Assembly: GCF_001194135.2 (NCBI RefSeq) | Contig: NC_068999.1 | Coordinates: 33,036,931-33,100,930, forward strand | DNA from: Octopus bimaculoides | Taxonomy: Eukaryota | Reading direction: 5' to 3' | Length of the DNA: 64,000 nt | In this document: piece by piece, positions 15,202-28,889 of the stretch | Numbering within the stretch: position 1 is the first letter of the stretch | How the letters are laid out: every line of letters starts with the position of its first letter | Translations under genes and position numbers: made by a program | Notes under the pieces: generated by a model | What the model was told of the DNA's origin: nothing | Databases searched by the model: none | What the model saw: only the letters and a program-made list of their open reading frames with translations

Positions 15202-15884
15202 TTAATGTTTTTATAATAAACTATGAAAGTCTGTTTCATTGGATAGAAATAGTCAATTTGCAAAACTCAGCTGGCTAGTGGGTCTTATTCTGAGTCCTTT
15301 TGAAATCATCAGAAAACCAGTGTGTGTGGGTGTGGATGCACACACCTTTCTCTCATAGCCATTGTCATCATAATTCAGTGATGACAGACTTGGGAATATT
15401 TCATCCTCCTCTCTCCACTACTGCTTGATTCACGAGGGACACTTAACATGCTAGAATTAGCAGCCATATCACATTCCACTGACATAATTATGTTTCTTTA
15501 AATGTGCAATTTTGTACTTAATTCCAGTGTAGGTTCGATTGCTGATTTTATATTGTTTGTAGATAGTATTTTATTACATTTGTTTGTGACAATTGACTCT
15601 TCTCACTTGTAATGCTTTCTTCATAATGTGGGAGAATGAACCCCCCCCCCTCCATTCACCTTCTCAAACTTTTCTTCTGTTAAAGGTAATCCTCTAAGAG
15701 GATTAAGACATGATTGTATCCAAAGACCTGGTTTTCAGCAGTATCACAGTGATGATAATAACAGCAACACTTCATATCACTGTACTAACTTTTGTGTTCA
15801 CTAAACCTGCAATTATTTGAGATGTGTTTATTGTAATGTTCACTGTTTATTCATGTCGACTCATTCTTTCCATTGATTTTGCAG

Positions 15885-15987
15885 AATACAATCGGTTTGA
15901 AACAAAAATTCAAGATTTACGGGAACAAATCATGAACACAAGTACTGGCAGTTTACGAACAACACAGAAACGAACTCTTTATGTCAG
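15885..15987 (+). CDS. dlg1: Discs-large exon: PDZ3-SH3 linker, (E/D)[33 protein letters not shown](R)
   Basis: Acceptor ttttgcag and donor ag|gtaagg; 103 nt, phase 1 to 2. The peptide matches the DLG1 segment EYSRFEAKIHDLREQMM...SLRTSQKRSLYVR and splices in frame to 33423. Confidence 0.96.
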
Positions 15988-16168
15988 GTAAGGAAAGAAG
16001 AATGGTCTGGAGTCAGTTTGATTGTTTGGGAGTCACACTGGGACAAGACATTTTTTTTTTAAATTCATTTTGTAAAAAGTGAAAGAACCTCTGCAACTGG
16101 TAGATAATGAAAACAACAAAAAAAAACTTTAATTCCTTCATAACAGCAATAGGTATCAGCACAATATA

Positions 16169-16382
16169 CAGGGTGGCCCAAAAGTAAGTTTACAGTTATT
16201 CAACTATCTCTTTCACATTCATATATTAATAGTTTAGATCTTAATTATAAAAAAATATGAAACCATTATTCCATGCTAATTTAGTTAATTGTAAGAGAGA
16301 AATTTAAATGTAATTAAATGTTTTAAAAGAAATTAAGTGCCTACGTGATAACTGTAAACCTACTTTTGGGCTGGCTGCTCTG
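16169..16382. mobile_element. Tc1/mariner-type MITE
   Basis: TA flanks. TIR cagggtggcccaaaagtaagtttacagttat is matched by ataactgtaaacctacttttgggc...ctg. Confidence 0.75.
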
Positions 16383-16479
16383 TATAGTTATTCCAAGACT
16401 GAAGACTTGATCTAAATATTCATAACAGAGTGGACCCTGCTATCTATCTATTTGATTGTCTGACTTTCTAAGACCAAAT

Positions 16480-16675
16480 GATGTCCAGATCCTCCATAGC
16501 AATCTTCATATCCTCAACTTGATATCCATTGTCTTCCATGAGTTAATCAGTATATGATCTTCGTGGTCTGCCAATACCTGTACGTCCATTTTTGGGTTTC
16601 CAGAGAAGGAGATCACTGGATATTTCCTCCTTGCTTCTCCAGTAGTGTGCTGCATACTGTGTTTTTCTTTCTCTA
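16480..16675 (-). mobile_element. Non-LTR (RTE-like) retrotransposon C-terminal remnant
   Basis: The minus strand reads RKTQYAAHYWRSKEEISSDLLLWKPKNGRTGIGRPRRSYTD*LMEDNGYQVEDMKIAMED. Confidence 0.75.
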
Positions 16676-17207
16676 ATTACTGAGGTGATGGTGTCAAACC
16701 AGGCAACAGATTAAGTTTACCAGTCTTTCAAGTTCATACATTATGTCATCTACATCATCTTTTAAACATCCATTTTCTATGCTGGCATAGGTTGGACAAT
16801 TTGACCAGAGCTGACAAGTAGGAGAGCTGCACCAGGTTCCAGTCTGATTTGGCTTGGTTTCTACAGCTGGATGTTCTTCCTAATGCCAGTCACTTTACAG
16901 TGTGTGCTGGGTGCTTTTAACATGGCCACTGAAAACTGATACTTCGAGTGATTATAAATGAAGAGTAAGGACTTAGAAAGTATCTCCTTGGATGTCAGTG
17001 CTTACCATCGGACATGGTGCTAAAAGGAGAGATCACGTCATGGTTACCAAAATCACTTGGCACTGCTAAAGAGATGATAAAATTAGAAAATCAATAGGTC
17101 CCACCATGGACAAAATCAAGGTTAGGGTATGTTTGATTAAATGAATGAGATAGGTTTTGTGATCTTAACAGTATAGCTATAGACTTAGAGTATGCATCTT
17201 ATATATA

Positions 17208-18215
17208 CAGGGGTTGGACAAAATAATGGAAACACCTTAAAATTTCAAACAAATGTATTTTAATATGAAGTAGGACCGCCTTTGGCAGTAATTACAGCTT
17301 GAATTCTATGAGGGATGGACCCGTACAAAGTTTGAATTGTTTCCAAAGGAATTATTGTCCATTCTTCAGCTAAAACAGTCTCCAGTTCTTGTAGTGATGA
17401 TGGTAGAGGATATCGACTCCTTACTTGTTTTTCTGAAATGCACCATAAATCGTCGTCGTTTAACGTCCGCTTTCCATGCTAGCATGGATTGGACGATTTG
17501 ACTGAGGACTGGTGAAACCAGATGACTACACCAGGCTCCAATCTGATTTGGCAGAGTTTCTACAGCTGGATGCCCTTCCTAACGCCAACCACTCAGAGAG
17601 TGTAGTGGGTGCTTTTACCCACACAAAGGCCAGTCAGGCGGTACTGGCNNNNNNNNNNNNNNNNNNNNNNNNNNNNNNNNNNNNNNNNNNNNNNNNNNNN
17701 NNNNNNNNNNNNNNNNNNNNNNNNNNNNNNNNNNNNNNNNNNNNNNNNNNNNNNNNNNNNNNNNNNNNNNNNNNNNNNNNNNNNNNNNNNNNNNNNNNNC
17801 CTCATGCCATTCAGTAACAACTTTAGCTGTGTGAATTGGTGCATTATCATCCTGAAAGATTGCGTTTCCCTCTGGAAACAGTTCCGCAACCATAGGATGA
17901 ATTTGATCAGATAAAATGCTTAAATAGTCTTGACTATTAATTCTGCCATGAATGGAAACCATTGGGCCGACGGATTTCCAAGATATTGCCCCCCCCCTTC
18001 TATGTTTAACAGTTGGAAGAAGGCAGTCTAGGTCAAATGCTTCTTTTGGCTGTCTCCACACGTATACTCGGCTGGTGGTCGGAAATAAGGTAATGGACGA
18101 CTCATCCGAGAAAATAACATTCTTCCACTCAGGGACCAATTCTGTGGGTTTTTACTCCACTCTAAACGCTTCACAACGTTTGTTTTTGAAAGTAGTGGTT
18201 TTCTGTTTGCACACA
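17208..18215 (-). mobile_element. Tc1-family transposon remnant, interrupted and 5'-truncated
   Basis: The minus strand gives W..V.FSDES and AIFQDDNAPIHTAK, and the C-terminus LWCISEKQVRSRYPLPSSLQELETVLAEEW...IQAVITAKGGPTSY*. The right TIR caggggttggacaaaataatggaaacacc follows TA at 17206-17207. Confidence 0.92.
17450..17648 (-). mobile_element. RTE-like LINE/SINE 3' end inserted in the Tc1
   Basis: (gtc)n-ttaacgtccgctttccatgctagcatgg...gatgcccttcctaacgccaacc. The same tail occurs at ~4470, 16760, 20160, 39430 and 47500. Confidence 0.75.
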
Positions 18216-18375
18216 CGCACAACACATTGTGTCACACAAATCCTACCTAAGGAATATGTTAAGGATATACATGTCTGTGGAATGCTCTGCCACTTACACA
18301 TTAATTCAGTATTAGGTTATTCCACAACCACTCTCTCTTTTTCTCTCTCCCCATATATATATATATATATACACA

Positions 18376-18661
18376 TAGTAATTCCCCGACTATTGCGGGC
18401 GTTACATTCCAAAAACTTCCGCGATAGATGAAAATTCACAGAGTAGAAACAATACTGTACTGTATATTTTTCTTTATAATTTGTATATACTTATTTTATT
18501 ACAAATGCAAAACACCACCACAGAGGAATCGACATAAGCTTAAATAATAAACAATGGTATGGTGAGGGATTATTGTATAGAAATCACAGAAATCACACAT
18601 CAAAATCTTATGCTTCAAGTTGAACCTAACCTTACTGTAAAATCTGTTGGTTAAAAGGAAC
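18376..18661. mobile_element. Tigger/pogo-like DNA transposon end
   Basis: The terminal sequence tagtaattccccgactattgcgggcgttacattccaaaa resembles Tigger-type TIRs. The other end is lost in the N gap. Confidence 0.5.
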
Positions 18662-19589
18662 NNNNNNNNNNNNNNNNNNNNNNNNNNNNNNNNNNNNNNN
18701 NNNNNNNNNNNNNNNNNNNNNNNNNNNNNNNNNNNNNNNNNNNNNNNNNNNNNNNNNNNNNNNNNNNNNNNNNNNNNNNNNNNNNNNNNNNNNNNNNNNN
18801 NNNNNNNNNNNNNNNNNNNNNNNNNNNNNNNNNNNNNNNNNNNNNNNNNNNNNNNNNNNNNNNNNNNNNNNNNNNNNNNNNNNNNNNNNNNNNNNNNNNN
18901 NNNNNNNNNNNNNNNNNNNNNNNNNNNNNNNNNNNNNNNNNNNNNNNNNNNNNNNNNNNNNNNNNNNNNNNNNNNNNNNNNNNNNNNNNNNNNNNNNNNN
19001 NNNNNNNNNNNNNNNNNNNNNNNNNNNNNNNNNNNNNNNNNNNNNNNNNNNNNNNNNNNNNNNNNNNNNNNNNNNNNNNNNNNNNNNNNNNNNNNNNNNN
19101 NNNACTAAAAGGATGCATTCCTGCTTTTATCTTTCTCCCAAACCCCACCAAAAAAGAAGTAACACACCATTATTGATTATCTGTTTGAGAAGTTACGAAA
19201 TACAAATTGTGTCATCAACGCTGATTATTAAGCAAACTAAAGGCTTTTAATTTGTTTTGGTGGGTGAGATCAATATTATTTTGATATTAAATCTTAACTT
19301 TGTGTAGGATAACACCACTGCATGGGACTCTGCATCAGTGAGTCAGTCCTTAAATGCACAATACCATAAGAATCATACTAAATTTTATTTACATTCATTT
19401 CAAAGGAAGTGAACCACTCTAATGCAAGGGAGGAAACTCTAATCTCTTCTGTCCTTCATTTTTGTTTTTATACCCTTTTTTCTTTTTAGCTAAGATGCCT
19501 TATGGTATTTGTTCCATCTCTCACAGTCCAAGCTCAAATCTCACCACTTAGCCTCTCATCTTTTCGAGGTTAATAAAAATGTACCAATC

Positions 19590-19960
19590 TTTGGACGCTG
19601 GATTGTTACATTTGGATCTGTTAGTGTGCTGGGCACAGTGCTTTGCAGTATCTACTCTGGTCCTTGGTGTCCTGATAGTAATGTCTGTGCTGACTTGTGC
19701 ACAGCTGTATTGGCCCAAGTCAGTGACCTTTTCCTTGGATAACATCAGCAGCATGGAGTCAGGTGACTGGTATACATGGGAAACTGCCAGTTTCCTTCTT
19801 CTTCAAAAAATATCCATACCTGCACGTGCTGATGAATGATCAACTTTGACTTTGACCTCCTGGATTGCACAGACAAAGAGATCCATCAAATCCCAAATCA
19901 TCACATGACAGCTGGCTTTTATTGCTTTTAGCTGCTTTACTGGTGATGTTGGAGATGTTA
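19590..19960 (-). mobile_element. LINE AP-endonuclease remnant
   Basis: Minus-strand DLFVCAIQEVK resembles the APE D...LQE motif; the rest is degenerate. Confidence 0.45.
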
Positions 19961-20394
19961 AAGATAGCTGGAGTTTTACAGTAACACTTTACATTGCAAG
20001 TCTTGTGAAAGCTGGCTGAAGACCACCTCTTTTTTGTAGGAACTTACTAACACATTTCTCTACTCCTTCCATTCTTCTTAATGAGATCTTGTGCATTTGG
20101 AGTGACTATAAAAGCTTGCCACCAAAATCCATGGCAATACTCCATGAATGCATATAGATACATCATCATCACATCCATTTTCCATGCTAGCTTGGGCTAC
20201 ACAAAATTTGCCGGGGCAGGTTTCTATGGCTGGTGAGTTCAACTTATTACCGAGACTCTGACTAGTTTTCAAAGTAAGATATTTTCATTTCACTGGCCCC
20301 TAACATTACAAACCAAGGGATCACTGAAACTGCAGGAATTTTATTTACTGGAGAGTCTAAACAATGTCCTTAGCTTTATCTTTTTCTTTTTTTC

Positions 20395-20760
20395 CCATCT
20401 TTTTACTTGTTTCACTTATTAGATGGCAGCCGTGCTGCGGCACCACTTTGAAGAATTTTTAGTTGAATGAATTGATCCCAGTACTTATATTTTAAAGCCT
20501 GGTTCTTATTCTATTGCTCTCTTTTGCCGACCTACTCGATTACAGGGATGTAAACACACCAACACCACTTGCCAAGCAGTGGTGGGGGACAAAGGTATGC
20601 GCGCGCGCACGCACACACACACACACACACACACAATACGCTTCTTTCAGTTTCTGTCTTCCAAATCCACTCTCAAGGCTTTGGTTGGCTTGTGGCTATA
20701 GTAGAAGACACTTGCCCAAGGTGCGAGGCAGCGGGACTGAACCCGAAACAATGTGTCTGG
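20395..20760 (-). mobile_element. SINE family A
   Basis: Reverse complement of the 38820 copy, including the internal CA/TA microsatellite. Confidence 0.85.
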
Positions 20761-20852
20761 TCAATTTGTGTTAATGAGGACACAAGGAAATAACATTCCT
20801 AAACACAAACACGCACACTTATATTAACTCACATGACATGTATGTATGTATG

Positions 20853-20897
<45 letters not shown>

Positions 20898-21033
20898 GGT
20901 TTTCTCTGTTTCATTCTAACCACTTCTACTTTTAAACCATTGTTCTGTTCTAGGTACCATGTAGTAGGACTGAACTTGAAGCCATGTACTTGTGAAATGC
21001 ACTTCATGACCTGTCATGCCATTGTACATGTAT

Positions 21034-21355
21034 AGTGAAGGCATGTGGTTTAGTGGTTAGGGTAATCAGCTTATAATCGTAAGGTCATAAGTTCAATTCC
21101 CAACGGCACATTGTGTCCTTGAGCAAGATGCTTAATTTCACATTGCTCTAGTTCACTCAGCTCGCAAAAAATGAATTGTACCTGTATTTCAAAGGGTTGA
21201 CCTTGTCATATTCTATGTGTCATGCTGAATCTCCCCAAGAACTATGTTAAGGGTATGCATGTCTGTGGAGTGCTCAGCCACTTGCACATTAATTTCACGA
21301 ACAGGCTGTTCCGTTGATCGGATCAATTGGAACTCACATCATCGTAAACTGACAA
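21034..21355 (+). mobile_element. tRNA-derived SINE family C
   Basis: A box ggtttagtggtta, B box gttcaattcc, CORE-like gtgtccttgagcaag. Second copy at 62088-62330. Confidence 0.8.
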
Positions 21356-22399
21356 AGCGCCAGTTTTTGTACATATATAGGGTTATGTATAACTATGTAT
21401 ACAAATGTATGTGTGTAAGATTATGTCAATAATATATGAAGTTGAGTATTACATTGAATGTGAATGACAAGTTTGTGAGATTGAAAGGCAGAGGCATATA
21501 AACATAAAATGTATCTGTTTAATAAGTGTGAGCACAAAGTGGGGAAACATGAGTCATTAAAGAAAGCAAGATGTCTATTAATAATATTATTGCTGTAAAA
21601 TTGATAATAGTTTGTCTGTGAAAAAGAAAGGGTGTACAGAAAAGGGGAAGTGAAAGGATGAAGAGATGGATTACAGGACTGTCATTCTATCAAATAAACT
21701 TTAACAGATACTAATAACACCCTTCTCCTCATCCTTTTAAAATCTAATTGAAACTCACAAAAGCGCATGCCAACAAAACAAGACAACCGCAAGATACTCA
21801 CTGCCTCAATCAGCCACCATTTCCATCTGCTGCTTGCTATCACTTAGAAATATATTTTTATCTTATTTGTTTACTTGCATGTCAAACAAGTGTGAGTGTA
21901 GCGCATTAAGTGGGAGGAGGCTTTATATTTCAGTGATGACTCAACTTTTCATTACTGCATCAGTTTGGAGAAGGGGTGGAATCAAACCCCTATCTCATTG
22001 ATTCCAAAGTCAATACACAACTAGTTTAGGTTTTTCTACTAATGAATTTACACTTCATCATCTCCTTGCTAACCCCTTTGTCTATACAGTGGAGAGGTGG
22101 ACAGGTAGGGGATATGTCAGCACCTAGCTTCAACAAGTTGGAAACATAGCCCTTAACTTTTATTCTCTATTTCTTCTTTCCTCTCCCCTCCCTATGTTCA
22201 ACTACTTGTTATCACTTATTCAACAATCTTGAATCAATGTAACAACTCCCACATATTCACCCAACAACCACCTCCATCACGTTCAATGGCCAACACAACC
22301 ACTATCACAGAAATCAAGTTTTTGTCTCTCTTCTCTTTATTTTGCTATTTCGTTCATAAAGAATACTTCTACCGCAATATTGTATTTGTAGTCATTATG

Positions 22400-23560
22400 A
22401 GGCTGTGATTGGTAGACTCAGAAGATTGCCAAACAAAGTGTGGTATTTAGTTGTGGTTCCTGTAGATTTTTGTCAAATAAAAGAGCTGTCAAGTATTAGG
22501 GTTGATGTAATTGGTTAATCCCCCTTACCCCCAAAATTGGTGACCTTGTGCTAAAAATTGTAACAAAGGCAGTAAGCTGGCAGAATTGTTAGCATTTAAG
22601 GCAAAAATACCTAGCAGCATTTTTTCCAGCTCTCTATGTTCTAAGTTCAAATACAGCTGAGGCTAACTTTGCCTTTCATACTGAAGTAAAGGGCTTGTTA
22701 AGCAACGGAATCAATGTAATCAACTAAACCCCTCCCCTTAAAATTGATGGCTTTGTGCCAAAATTTGAAAGGAATCATTAATTTTGCTGAATTAGCCGAA
22801 TCAGTTGAACAGTGGACAAAATACATTACAGTAGTTGGTTACAGCCATTTACATTCTGAATTCAAATCACATTTAGGTTGATAAAAATAAAGTACCAGTC
22901 ATCCACTAATTTGATATGATTATTTCCTCCCACTAAAATTTCTGACTCTGGGCTGAAGATATCAAATTACTTCCTAACCTCAAAGATTGCTGGCAGCCTT
23001 GTGTCTAAATTAGAATCAGTGTCAGATGAAATGCTTAGCAACTCTTCTTCCAACTCTTTATATTTTGAGTTCAAATACTGCCACAGTCAACTTTCCTTTC
23101 ATCTTTTTAGGATTTATAAATATAATACCACCTGAGCACTGGGGTTGATGTAATCAACTTAGCCCTACCTCTAAAATTGCTGGCCTTGTGCTGAAATTTG
23201 AAATAAGTATTGGTAAGCTAGCAAAATCGTTAGCATGCCAGACATGACACTTAGGAGCATTTCATCCATCTGTACATTCTGTAATCAACTATACCTGTCC
23301 CCTAAAATTTTAGGCTGTATGCTTATAGTATAAAGGATTATCATTGTTGTTGGGTCAGCAAAATGGCAAAATCAGTTGAGCATCAGAAGAAATGCTTTGC
23401 AGGAATTTTTGCTGCTCTTTATAGTCTAGGTTCAAACCTGCAGAAGTCAACTTTGCCTTTCATCATTTCTGGGTCAATCAAGTATTGGTCAGGTACTTGG
23501 GTCAATGGTATCGGCTAACTTTCTCTCCTTAAATTGTTGGCCTTGTGCCTTTATTGTTAT
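22400..23560 (+). mobile_element. Array of about 6 head-to-tail Meta-domain-like SINEs
   Basis: Repeating order agctggcagaat.ttagc / gagttcaaat / gtcaactttgcctttcatc / ggttgatgtaatcaact / ggccttgtgc. Confidence 0.8.
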
Positions 23561-24779
23561 TATTATTGCTGTTCTGTGTAGATGCCATACTGCCTATTCA
23601 ATAGATAATATTTTTCTGTCTGCTTCTGGCTAATATAGAAACTATCATCATCATCACTAACGTCACTTCTCAGCACCACCACCATTTTCACCATCACCTA
23701 TACTTTCTCCCCCCCCCCCACTCCCACCATCATATTCACTGTATTAACATTAACTTTTTTTTCACTGAAATCCCTTCACTTGTTATTATCATCAAAAATG
23801 ACATTTCATTTTTTTTTTTTTTTTTTTTTTTTCAAAATCTTTCCCTTAAAGTTTTCACTTGAGTGTTGAACTAAAGACGCACACACATTGGTGCCTCCTC
23901 TCTATCTCTCTCTTTACCTACATATCTGTCACAGCCGAGATGTAAAGCTGTCATGCAAGTTTCTATCCTCCTTCTGATTATCTTCACTTCTTTTCTTTTT
24001 AAAAAGAAGAAAGAATAAAAATAACTTTTCTTTTTTAAAATAAGTTATTTTGCTTGCACTTAAAAATATTATTATTGCGGTTATTATTATTTTTTTTATC
24101 ATCATTATTATTGCATCATACGTACATTGACTGTTAACAATGTAGCAAGTCAATCTCCTTGTTCTGGCTGTGTGTAAAGGGGTGGGGCAGAGTGACATGG
24201 AGACAGAGAGATTGAAATAATAATGTACAAGATGGGTGGTGGTAGTAAAGTGTATATTTCACCCTACCTTCCCGTCATCTCTTTTCTCTTTCCATCTCCT
24301 ACACGCGCACACTAACCCTGCCCTGCCCCCATCAGCATCTTCAAATAAGTATGTATTGATTTAACATGAAGAATTTAGTGATTTCCTAACAAACTTTCAG
24401 GAAATTTTCTTTGAATAGTGTCAAAAGGAGAGAGTGAATAGATTAAATTAGTAATAATAACAATAATAATAATAATAATAATAAGAGCACTCAGAGAGTG
24501 CAAACCTCCGCCAAGGTAACACCAACGTCCTCTCAATGATTAGCCAGAGATGATTTTTAAAATGAGAATATCTGGAATAAACTTACCTGCTCTCACAAAC
24601 GAGAATACTAAAAACGAACCCAACTGCTCTCAAAAATTAAGTAAAAAAAAAAAAGCAAAAATAATCCAGAATCGTTGTCCAATACCCGATCGATCCCAAT
24701 GGTAGTCATGGAATGTGAAGTTGGGTGTGTAGGCTGTGTGTGTGTTGTTTTGCAGTGGGAACTGGAACAGTTTTCTCTA

Positions 24780-24960
24780 TGAAGGCCTTTTTAGTCTATC
24801 CACTGATATAGTGTCTTTACAACCATTAAGGTTTATAGTGAAAAATTTATCTGTGCATGAAAGAAAATGGAAAGGACCTACATATGGTGCTGTTAATGGA
24901 GGTTTGACAACATTGTTGCGCAAAAAAAATGTGAGTCCAAGAAGCAAAGCTTCCTTCAAG
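24780..24960 (-). mobile_element. Ty3/Gypsy integrase C-terminal (GPY/F) fragment
   Basis: FLRNNVVKPPLTAPYVGPFHFLSCTDKFFTINLNGCKDTISVDRLK matches the GPY/F motif. Confidence 0.85.
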
Positions 24961-25503
24961 GCAGAGCTAGAAATGCAGTTGTCAAGTAGGTAAGAGGTTT
25001 TAAACAGGAGATATATATTCAAAATTGATAACACTAAAAATTGTTGAGGATAAATTAAATTTATTGTTGTTACTGAATATGTTAGTGTTATTTAATTTCT
25101 GAATGGTTTTGCTGCCGTTTGTTTATGTAGGTATATAAATTGTCAGAGATGATAATGCAGTCCTTCCTGACAGAGGAGGATCTTGGTCCAGGACCAGTTG
25201 AGGAATCCCACTGTCCAAGGTCAACCTTGAAAACCAGGGGCAAATAACCTCTCCAACTGTCTACAGGGCTTATAAAGTGATCGTATGCACTCTTGCCATT
25301 TTTGTTACTCACACCTCACTTTCAGTAATTTTATTGGTGCATAGCACCTTCTTCACTTCATCCTCGTTTATAAGTGAAACTTCAAAAAGTCAATAAGAGC
25401 TTTACCAAAGAGTTGCCCTCAGGCATTACATTCTTGTTCATCACACAACTGCTTTCATTATGGCCACCAGACAGAAGAAAACTACTATCTCTACTCAATT
25501 TAT

Positions 25504-25724
25504 CTCTTTAGCATTCAAATTATTCTCTCAAATGTAATGCTTATTTATTCATATTGTTTTGAATTAATGATGCATTACCTCATAGCTTTCAGATTTCAAT
25601 GATGTGATTGCTTATTTTTAGAATGACATTGTAGGATCAGGTGAGAGGCCAGATTTGGCTGGTTTGAACATAAAATGGGTATAATACTTAGAGGCCTGAC
25701 ATAGCCAGTTTAAATACTAAAGGG
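25504..25724. mobile_element. piggyBac-type MITE, same family as 14982, inverted
   Basis: ctctttagcatt...aatactaaaggg; the interior is the reverse complement of 14982-15201. Confidence 0.7.
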
Positions 25725-28378
25725 CTAAAGGAAGGCAGCAAAGCAATCATAGCCATAAACTCAAAGGAGTATCAGGTCTGACCGTCTGACATAACTCCAC
25801 AATTCAGCATTGCTTGGATACTTAACATGTACAAAAAGGTTCCATTGTTATGTGTAAATCTTATACAGGCCCAGAAAAACTCGCCAAAAAGAAGTTGGTT
25901 CATTCCTTATACAGTGACAAAAAAAAAATTAAATAGTTTTGAAGCAAACACATCCCAGTTTGAACAACAAAAAATTTGAAAAATTTTACTGAGTCACAAT
26001 GGAGCTTGCCCTTCCCATTGATACCAGTAATAATAGTAACTGTTTCTAGTGGGAACTAGATAACTACATTGACTCCAGTATGTGACTGATACTTTATCAA
26101 TGCTGGAGTCATGAAAAGCAAAGCTGACTTTAACAGAACTTGAACCCAGAACATAAAGAGCTCGAAGAAACGCGGTTCTGTTTGATTTCTTTTATAGCTC
26201 CATTTCCAGATTCTTCTCCATGTCGATACAGAATGTTTATTTATAAAATTATTCTATTTATTTATAAAATCTACTTCCACCACCTCAACACTGCTTACCA
26301 TCACAAAGACCCAACAATTTTATTCTACAACAACAACACTACCACCCTCTGGTCAATACATCATTCCTCGTCCATACCTTGACAGACATCTCTTCTATAA
26401 ACATTGGTTGACATCATTAACGTCCTACTGGTCTTTCAGCTCAATCCTGCTCCAAGAATTAATTCAATGATATCAGTTTCTCTTAGACACTCAGTTATTC
26501 ATTTCATTCTCTCTCCCTCTCTCTTTTTCTCTCCCTCTCTCTTTTTCTCCCCCTCTCTCTCATGCAATAGAAATATGTTCCATCACAAAATGATGCAAGA
26601 TTGTTAGAAAAGACAGAGAAAGCAGAGGAGATAAAAAAAATAAAAAAATTTAAAAACTCAATCAAATGAAATTGTGGAGTATTTGTTTTGTTAGTTTTTA
26701 ATATTTTCTCCACAGCACTCTGGAAATAAATCACATGCCAGGAAGCTGTGTAAATTCATGTGGAAGCTAAAATATAATGGCACCAATAATAAGTAGAATG
26801 GTCGATAATCAATAGCAATGCTGTTGTATTAACAGTTGAGGAAACCATTCAAATTTCAGGGTTGGTCCAGCACCACTGGATTTGAGACAAAAGACATGGA
26901 TGCCCATTGAAATAACTGCCATTTAATTAAATGATGGACTGAAGAATTTTACGGTTTTACTGTCAACTGGTTACTATATTCAATGTTCTCCTTCTCCCTT
27001 CTCCTTATTATTATCATCATCACCATCATTATTATTTCTACTAATACAGCTACTATAATCACCACTACTTCTACTACAGCTACTGTTACCACTACAACTA
27101 TTATTATCACTAGAACTTCTGGCACCACTACTACAACAATTATTATTATCATCATCACCAACATTACTACTATTATTAACAATATCAACATAGAACCAGT
27201 GAGGGAGCTGCTATACAGTAGCTCAAATCTGCTAAAAATAGCAGTCAAATCTTGCTCATAACATGCTCCACCATCTTATATAAAGCAACAATGATAAGAT
27301 GGTCATGATTATTAGAATGTCTTTCATTATAGTTCTGCTGGATCAGAGCTCTCCTGGGACTAAACAGCATATTAATCATAATGCTTTCTAACGCAACTAC
27401 AAGGCCAAATGGAATGCAGTTGATTGTATCTCTCCCTTTGATGACTTATTTCATCAACCTTGGAAGGATGAAAGATAAAAGTCAATGCAACTTATTTGCC
27501 AAATGGACCTTTATATAAATTTAACTTCTAGGTACCTAGCTTTACGTACATGCTTCTCTCAACCCAAATCATTAACAGCTGTGACATTAACTTGTGTTTA
27601 GTGAGCCTCTTCATCTTCATGGGTGAAGAGGGTGCTAGTGTCTGAGGTGGCTGTTCAGGCCAAGGGCAGTATAGAAGAACTAGAAGCATTTATCAGAGGG
27701 TAGGGTTGGCAGAGAATGAGGAAGTGCAAGTCACTCTTTACGTCTTCGATGTTTGTTATTTTCCATCAGGTCTGTTCCCTTGGCAATGACATGTCACCAC
27801 CTTGAGCTGTCATTAGCAATTGTTTCCCATGTACTGGGGTTGATGGAGCAGCAGAAGAGAGTGGCCTTGAGCTGATCTCAGAAACGGAATTTGGGAGCTT
27901 CGCATGGTGTGATGCATAGGCCAACTCTACAAAGCGGAGTTGACAGGGAAGGTGCAATTTTGGCATACATATGATGTGTCTCAACCAGTAAACAATACAA
28001 ACAAGTAACAATCCCTCACACTTAGCCAACTACTAGCTGCCCCCAAAGAACACTTCTTTTGTACAACCAGAAAAATTGTTTCTATCACTCTTTCCTATTC
28101 CTATCCACTCAAACCTATAGTGTTTTACTTTCTTCTCTATTTCTCATGTTTCCTTACAAACTCACGCCACACTTAATTTCCTAATACATAGCTCCAACTC
28201 CCAGATGAACCTATCCCTGTTCCCTAATCATTTTTCTTTCTTTCTCATCCTAATATTCCTTTTCTAGCATCCCTACTTCCTCTTTCTCACTCTCCTATCT
28301 TCTCACACTTAATTGTAGACTTTCTCCCTTCCTTCCTAGGTTCTCTCTCTCTCTCTCTCNNNNNNNNNNNNNNNNNNN

Positions 28379-28414
<36 letters not shown>

Positions 28415-28889
28415 TCCCTCCCTCATTCTCCTTCTCTTCTATCTGCTGCCCACACGTGACCCTTGACTGATTTTCTATTTTCTGCCCTTTCACCACTCGA
28501 CACCTAACATGCTGGTCAACTTTTTCTCCTCTCTTACTAATTCTGTTTTTATATCCATTTGAGGATTTCTTCCAGGCGTTAATCCATCATTCTCGTGTTT
28601 GGCCTGAAAGGCTTTATTTATTGTCTTCATCTATTGTTTCAAATTACATTTGTTTACTTTCATACATCCACCCTGTATTGTTTTGTTTGCTCGAGCCCTA
28701 ATTCTACGCAAATCTGTGGGTGCCGCCGATATACGAAGTTCCCAGTCTTATCGTTAAAGGCACGAAACTGGGTATTAGTATTTTTGGTCAATAACTGAGG
28801 AAGGTTAGGGTCCTTGTGTCTGTCACACATGTACATTTTGTAGTATTTAATGCATTCTTCATTTATATGTGTGTGTGTGTGTGTGTGCA

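Noticed and set aside
1-15884. Expected PDZ3 exon(s) of dlg1
   Set aside because: No GLGFNI or GGPADL-like reading found; they probably lie upstream of the window.
21760-21960. Minus-strand gtgagt donor plus a TGACTCA site as an antisense exon or enhancer
   Set aside because: Short motifs expected by chance, with no supporting frame or second exon.
22400-23560. CRISPR-like or prokaryotic defence array
   Set aside because: The units are ~200-bp degenerate SINEs in eukaryotic intron DNA, with no short identical repeats and no cas genes.
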